From assembly GCA_050246315.1 (NCBI GenBank), contig JBFWWG010000005.1, positions 224,001-288,000 of the forward strand: a stretch of 64,000 bases of DNA, given 5' to 3'. Made by a program: the position numbers and the translations under genes. Source of the stretch: Nitrospiraceae bacterium (GTDB taxonomy: Bacteria; Nitrospirota; Nitrospiria; Nitrospirales; Nitrospiraceae). Positions 59,758-64,000 of the stretch are shown here, piece by piece. How positions within the stretch are numbered: position 1 is the first letter of the stretch; each line of letters starts with the position of its first letter. The notes below the pieces were generated by a model. The model made no database searches and was not told where the DNA came from. It saw nothing but the letters and a program-made list of their open reading frames with translations.

Positions 59758-60641
59758 TCTCCCCACACTCGCCCCACGTCTCGACTGGGTGGGACAGCTT
59801 GGTCGAAACGGTCGGCCGATGCGGGGATCTCGTCCTTTCGTTCGAACAGCGCCGCGGGCGTACCAAACTCAACAGGGTCCATTGCCGGAGCCCTTGGCAC
59901 TTCATGCCACCCATGGCGCTGGAAGGCGGTCGCTGCGCCTATACGATGCTGGTTAATCCGTCGGGGGGGCTGGTCGGCGGCGATCGCTTGTCGCTGACCG
60001 CCTCTATCGGACCGGATGCGCACGTACTATTCTCGACGCCATCGGCCACACGCATCTACCGTACAATCGGCCCAGAGGCGGCGCAGGAAATCACGTTGCG
60101 AGTCGGTGAGAACGCCAGGCTTGAGTGGCTACCGGACGTCACCATTCCCTATGCCGGGTCGTGTTTTCGCCAGTCGATCGACGTATCGCTCGCTCCCGGT
60201 GCGGCGCTGTTACTCTGGGACGCCTTAGCCTGTGGCCGCGTTGCCTGTGACGAGCGGTGGGCCTGTGCACAGTACCGGAACGAGATTCGAATCAGGGCTA
60301 TTTCGGGTGGAGAAGTCCTCGAACGTGTGGCGCTGACCCCGCATTTGAACGGTGTTGGGTTGGCGGACCCATGGAACTATGTGGCTTCGCTATTTATCGT
60401 TTCCGACACGGTCGCCTCATCTGCTTGGGAGGATCTCGAACGGGATCTGGATGATTGCATCGAGCAGCATTTCACCGAGGGAGAACTCCTGGCGGCCGTG
60501 TCGGAGCTGCCGGTTCCAGGTCTCGTGATGAAAGTGCTGACACGGACCGCGCCATCGCTGCACGAGCTCTATGGACGAGCTTGGGCGGTAATTCGAAAGC
60601 GCCTCTGGAATCGCGATTGTCCTGCCCTGAGGCGATATTGA
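59727..60641 (+). CDS. ureD: Urease accessory protein UreD/UreH
   Basis: [30 protein letters not shown] end; start inferred. Confidence 0.9.
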   Translation: MAAATNREAVVSPHSPHVSTGWDSLVETVGRCGDLVLSFEQRRGRTKLNRVHCRSPWHFMPPMALEGGRCAYTMLVNPSGGLVGGDRLSLTASIGPDAHVLFSTPSATRIYRTIGPEAAQEITLRVGENARLEWLPDVTIPYAGSCFRQSIDVSLAPGAALLLWDALACGRVACDERWACAQYRNEIRIRAISGGEVLERVALTPHLNGVGLADPWNYVASLFIVSDTVASSAWEDLERDLDDCIEQHFTEGELLAAVSELPVPGLVMKVLTRTAPSLHELYGRAWAVIRKRLWNRDCPALRRY

Positions 60642-60691
60642 TTCTCCACGTTAGGGGAGGATGCCTACGAGGTCATGATGTCATGAAGTGA

Positions 60692-60721
60692 TTGACAGAT
60701 TCTTAGGGAGGCTGTTATAAG
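60692..60721 (+). promoter_or_regulatory. Sigma70 promoter of nadE-porin-amtB
   Basis: TTGACA (60692-97), 18-nt spacer, extended -10 TGtTATAAG; shares TTGACAGATT with the urea-operon promoter. Confidence 0.72.
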
Positions 60722-60737
60722 TGCGTCGAACATCCGA

Positions 60738-60796
60738 AGACAACGGCGTCTGACTGGATGATCTGACACCATATCAATGAAGGACAACGACGTCCT
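60738..60796 (+). promoter_or_regulatory. ANTAR-binding dual hairpin RNA element (nadE leader)
   Basis: P1 AGAC-AACGGC-GTCT (60738-51); P2 AGGAC-AACGAC-GTCCT (60781-96). Confidence 0.87.
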
Positions 60797-60833
60797 CTTT
60801 CCCCAGCGATGGGGATTGAGGGCGTTTTTTTTT
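60791..60833 (+). terminator. Intrinsic leader terminator overlapping P2
   Basis: Stem CGTCCTCTTTCCCCA / TGGGGATTGAGGGCG, GCGA tetraloop, T9. Confidence 0.9.
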
Positions 60834-60903
60834 GCCCGCGGGGTGCTGACCGGATTGCCGGAGCGTCCGGCGTGGATGACGAAGGCGGCGAAGAGTACGA
60901 CTG

Positions 60904-62679
60904 ATGCGCACGTTTCGAATCGCCATGGCCCAGATGAATCCCACCGTGGGGGATCTTGACGGGAATCTGCGGGCGATCATCTCTCGGGTGAAGGACGCCC
61001 GCAAGGCCAAGGCCGACCTCGTGGCCTTTCCCGAGCTGGCGCTCACCGGGTACCCTCCGGAGGATCTCCTGCTCAAGCCACGGTTCGTCGAGGACACCCG
61101 TCGTGCCCTGGAGACGATTATCCCGGAATGTCGTGGACTGGCGGTCGTCGTCGGCTACGTGGCCCAAGGAATCGGCGCCGAGCCGAAAAGGATGAAGCCG
61201 ACCGCCGTGCCGGCGGGACGGGACGAACTTTACAATGCCGCCGCGGTCATCGCGGATACCCGCCTGGTCACCACCTACGCCAAGCAGTACCTCCCGAACT
61301 ACGGCGTCTTCGATGAGAGTCGCTACTTTCATCCCGGGCAGCGCAATCCCGTCATTGTCCTGAACGGGACGACGATCGGCGTGAATATCTGCGAGGACAT
61401 CTGGCTGCCCGAAGGACCGACCAAGTTCCAGGCGGCGGCCGGGGCGGAAATCATCGTGAACATCAATGCCTCGCCTTTTCACATCGCCAAAAGCCGCCAG
61501 CGCGAACAGATGCTGGCCACGCGCGCGCGAGACAACCACGTCATTGTGACCTACACCAATACGGTGGGAGGACAGGATGAACTGGTCTTCGACGGGAACA
61601 GCCTGGTGTTGGACCAGACGGGTGAGGTGATTGCCCGGGCCAAGGCGTTTGATGAGGACTTCCTTGTGACGGATCTCTTTCCGACCGCGGTCGGACGGGG
61701 CCGCCTCGTCCAAGGAAGGAGAAGAGCCGCAACGAATCGGCCGCCTGGTTCGGTCGAGCGCATGACCGTCCCGGTGTATGAGGCCCCGGCGCATCCGGAG
61801 AGGATCGTACCGAGTCTTGTCGCACCGATGGACCAACTTGAAGAGGTCTACCGGGCGCTGGTGCTCGGCGTGCGGGATTATGTGACAAAGAACGGATTTC
61901 AACGGACGGTGATCGGCCTGAGCGGCGGGATCGATTCCGCGTTGACTGCCGCCATTGCAGTGGATGCGCTGGGAGCCACGAATGTGCTGGGTCTCTTCAT
62001 GCCCTCCCCCTTTACATCGAGAGAAAGCCACGAGGACGCGGCCGATCTGGCCAGGCGGCTCGACATCGAGTGCCGGACCGTCCCGATCGCCGGTCTTTTC
62101 GACTCATACCAAAGTGTCCTGGCTCCCACGTTTGCTGGACGTCCGTCCGACGTCTCCGAAGAAAACCTCCAGGCCCGCATCCGCGGCAATCTCCTCATGG
62201 CCATCTCGAACAAGTTCGGGCATCTCGTGCTCACAACCGGAAACAAGAGCGAGCTAAGCGTCGGCTACGCGACGCTTTACGGGGACATGGCCGGCGGATT
62301 CGCGGTGATCAAGGATGTGCCGAAGACGATGGTGTATGAGCTGGCGCGACACCGGAACGGCCTCGGCAACGCGGTCGTCATTCCCAAGCGGGTGTTGGAA
62401 CGCGCCCCGACCGCCGAATTGAGGCCGAATCAGCGCGATGAAGATTCGCTGCCTCCTTATCCCGTACTGGATCCGATCCTCAAGGCCTATGTCGAGGACG
62501 ACCGATCTCCCGACGAAATTGCCGCCATGGGATTCGAGCGTGCGACCGTCGAGCGCGTCATCACGCTGGTGGACCGCAGCGAATACAAACGCCGGCAGGC
62601 GCCGGTGGGCATCAAGATCACACATCGCGGGCTGGGAAAGGACCGCCGGATGCCGATCACCAATCGGTATCGAGGCTGA
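60904..62679 (+). CDS. nadE: Glutamine-dependent NAD+ synthetase
   Basis: Nitrilase-like domain (FPEL, K..LPNY.VFDE, ICEDIW) plus synthetase domain (GLSGGIDS, NLQARIRG, TGNKSE, SEYKRRQAP). Confidence 0.97.
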   Translation: MRTFRIAMAQMNPTVGDLDGNLRAIISRVKDARKAKADLVAFPELALTGYPPEDLLLKPRFVEDTRRALETIIPECRGLAVVVGYVAQGIGAEPKRMKPTAVPAGRDELYNAAAVIADTRLVTTYAKQYLPNYGVFDESRYFHPGQRNPVIVLNGTTIGVNICEDIWLPEGPTKFQAAAGAEIIVNINASPFHIAKSRQREQMLATRARDNHVIVTYTNTVGGQDELVFDGNSLVLDQTGEVIARAKAFDEDFLVTDLFPTAVGRGRLVQGRRRAATNRPPGSVERMTVPVYEAPAHPERIVPSLVAPMDQLEEVYRALVLGVRDYVTKNGFQRTVIGLSGGIDSALTAAIAVDALGATNVLGLFMPSPFTSRESHEDAADLARRLDIECRTVPIAGLFDSYQSVLAPTFAGRPSDVSEENLQARIRGNLLMAISNKFGHLVLTTGNKSELSVGYATLYGDMAGGFAVIKDVPKTMVYELARHRNGLGNAVVIPKRVLERAPTAELRPNQRDEDSLPPYPVLDPILKAYVEDDRSPDEIAAMGFERATVERVITLVDRSEYKRRQAPVGIKITHRGLGKDRRMPITNRYRG

Positions 62680-62789
62680 ACGGGGAAAGCGAGAGCGGAC
62701 GTTCAAGAGCCATGAACGAAGCGGTGAATCGCGGCATGGCAGGCGATCACCGGTTCCATGCAGTTGACATTCACCGACAAGGAGGGAGG

Positions 62790-63689
62790 ATGGCGCACCG
62801 GCTTCGATGGACAAAGGGTCTTTTGATCTGGCTCATGATGGCGGCCACGCTGTCGGTCGGCTCGACCGGTCAGGCGCAGGACGTTGAGGTGGTGAAACCG
62901 AAAGCGACGGACGAGTCGATGGACACAACCAAGCATCCGGTCGCGGTGACGATGGCCCTGCAGGCGGACAGTTTCTTCGGCTTCAATCCATCCGTATACG
63001 GCACCTATGGGCTGACCGACAATCTGGCCTTGGCCTTCAACTTCACCTACTGGACCATGATCTCCGGCGTCGGGGTCCACGACAACAATCCTTGGCTGGA
63101 GACCGACGTGGGGATCAATCTGACCCTCCTCGACAAGCGCCTCTCGATCACGCCGATGATCGGCTTCGTGCACGGACAACTGCTCTCCTCTCGCGGCGGC
63201 TTCTTTCCGAACGGCGGCGGCAGCGTCAACGAGCGCACGACCGCGTTTGAAGGGGCCGTGCCGAACATCACCGTGAATTACCTCGATCGGCTATTCGAAG
63301 CGGAATTTTACCTGGGCTATTACAAGGCGATCCGTAGCGAGGGGGGAAGCCCCAGTGACGGCGGCCCTGTTTGTCCACCGGTCGGGACGGGGGGCGGGAA
63401 TTGTCTCGGCTCGATCCCAGGCGGTGGCCGCGGCACCTGGGACTTTCTGCACTATTGGGTGAACGCGGGCTACCGGTTGAACAGCATGTGGTCGATGGGG
63501 ATCCATTATGAGCAACTCCTGAGCACGCGAGACAACAGTGCTTTCGGCGCGCAACAGGATTACTACCGGTGGCTCGGTCCCTACGCAGAGATGAAGCTGG
63601 CGGGCGGGATGGCGTTCCGGTTCACGGCGGGCCACGATTTCACCGACAACCAGGATTTCTACAAGGTGAAGTTCACGAAGACGTTCTAG
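62790..63689 (+). CDS. Uncharacterised putative outer-membrane beta-barrel protein
   Basis: SD GGAGGGAGG, signal peptide, aromatic alternating strands, C-terminal YKVKFTKTF. Confidence 0.7.
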   Translation: MAHRLRWTKGLLIWLMMAATLSVGSTGQAQDVEVVKPKATDESMDTTKHPVAVTMALQADSFFGFNPSVYGTYGLTDNLALAFNFTYWTMISGVGVHDNNPWLETDVGINLTLLDKRLSITPMIGFVHGQLLSSRGGFFPNGGGSVNERTTAFEGAVPNITVNYLDRLFEAEFYLGYYKAIRSEGGSPSDGGPVCPPVGTGGGNCLGSIPGGGRGTWDFLHYWVNAGYRLNSMWSMGIHYEQLLSTRDNSAFGAQQDYYRWLGPYAEMKLAGGMAFRFTAGHDFTDNQDFYKVKFTKTF

Positions 63690-63701
63690 TCGTAAGAGAC
63701 A

Positions 63702-63731
63702 GCAGGCGGCGCGGGTGTCCGCGCCGCCTGC
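63702..63731. repeat. Perfect 13-bp GC-rich hairpin, no U-tract
   Basis: GCAGGCGGCGCGG-GTGT-CCGCGCCGCCTGC. Confidence 0.75.
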
Positions 63732-63782
63732 AAGAGACGAGCGGGGAAGCGTGCGACCTCAGTGACGACAAGGGAGGGACGA

Positions 63783-64000
63783 GTGAGGACATATCCTGGA
63801 GGTTCCGGAACCGTGGGGCCGGTTCTCGCGATAGCCGCCGTGCAACTGATGGTGGCCGTCGTGAGCGGCGACCTCTGTTTCGCGCAAGGAGCGGAGCCGC
63901 CGCTGAAAGCCGATACGGGCGACACGGCATGGGTCTTGGCTTCCTCGGCGTTGGTGTTGGCCATGACCGTGCCGGGCCTGGCCCTGTTTTACGGCGGCCT
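63783..64000 (+). CDS. amtB: Ammonium transporter Amt (3'-truncated by window; not in ORF track)
   Basis: Translated by hand from GTG 63783: signal-like N-terminus then [29 protein letters not shown]. Confidence 0.93.
   Translation, partial: MRTYPGGSGTVGPVLAIAAVQLMVAVVSGDLCFAQGAEPPLKADTGDTAWVLASSALVLAMTVPGLALFYGG

Overview
GC-rich bacterial window, most likely Nitrospira/Nitrospiraceae. This assignment is inferred from gene order, the EF-Tu variant and the urtABCDE-ureABCFGD layout; it was not verified by search. Bases 1-31.3 kb hold one contiguous nusG-rplKAJL-rpoBC-str-S10-spc-alpha cluster. It is followed by lptCAB-rpoN-hpf-rapZ, pilMNOPQ-aroB, a GAF-GAF-ANTAR regulator, a decayed IS1595-family element, two paralogous minus-strand lipoproteins, a porin-urtABCDE-lipoprotein-ureABCFGD urea operon, and nadE-porin-amtB (cut by the window end). 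Two signals stand out. (1) Both nitrogen-acquisition operons have the same leader: a sigma70 promoter, two ANTAR-type hexaloop hairpins (A1/G4 loop, C-G closing pair), and an intrinsic terminator overlapping the second hairpin. With an ANTAR protein encoded nearby, this is a candidate RNA-antitermination nitrogen regulon. (2) rplJ has no stop codon and reads in frame into rplL, which keeps its own SD and ATG, predicting an L10-L12 fusion protein plus free L12.
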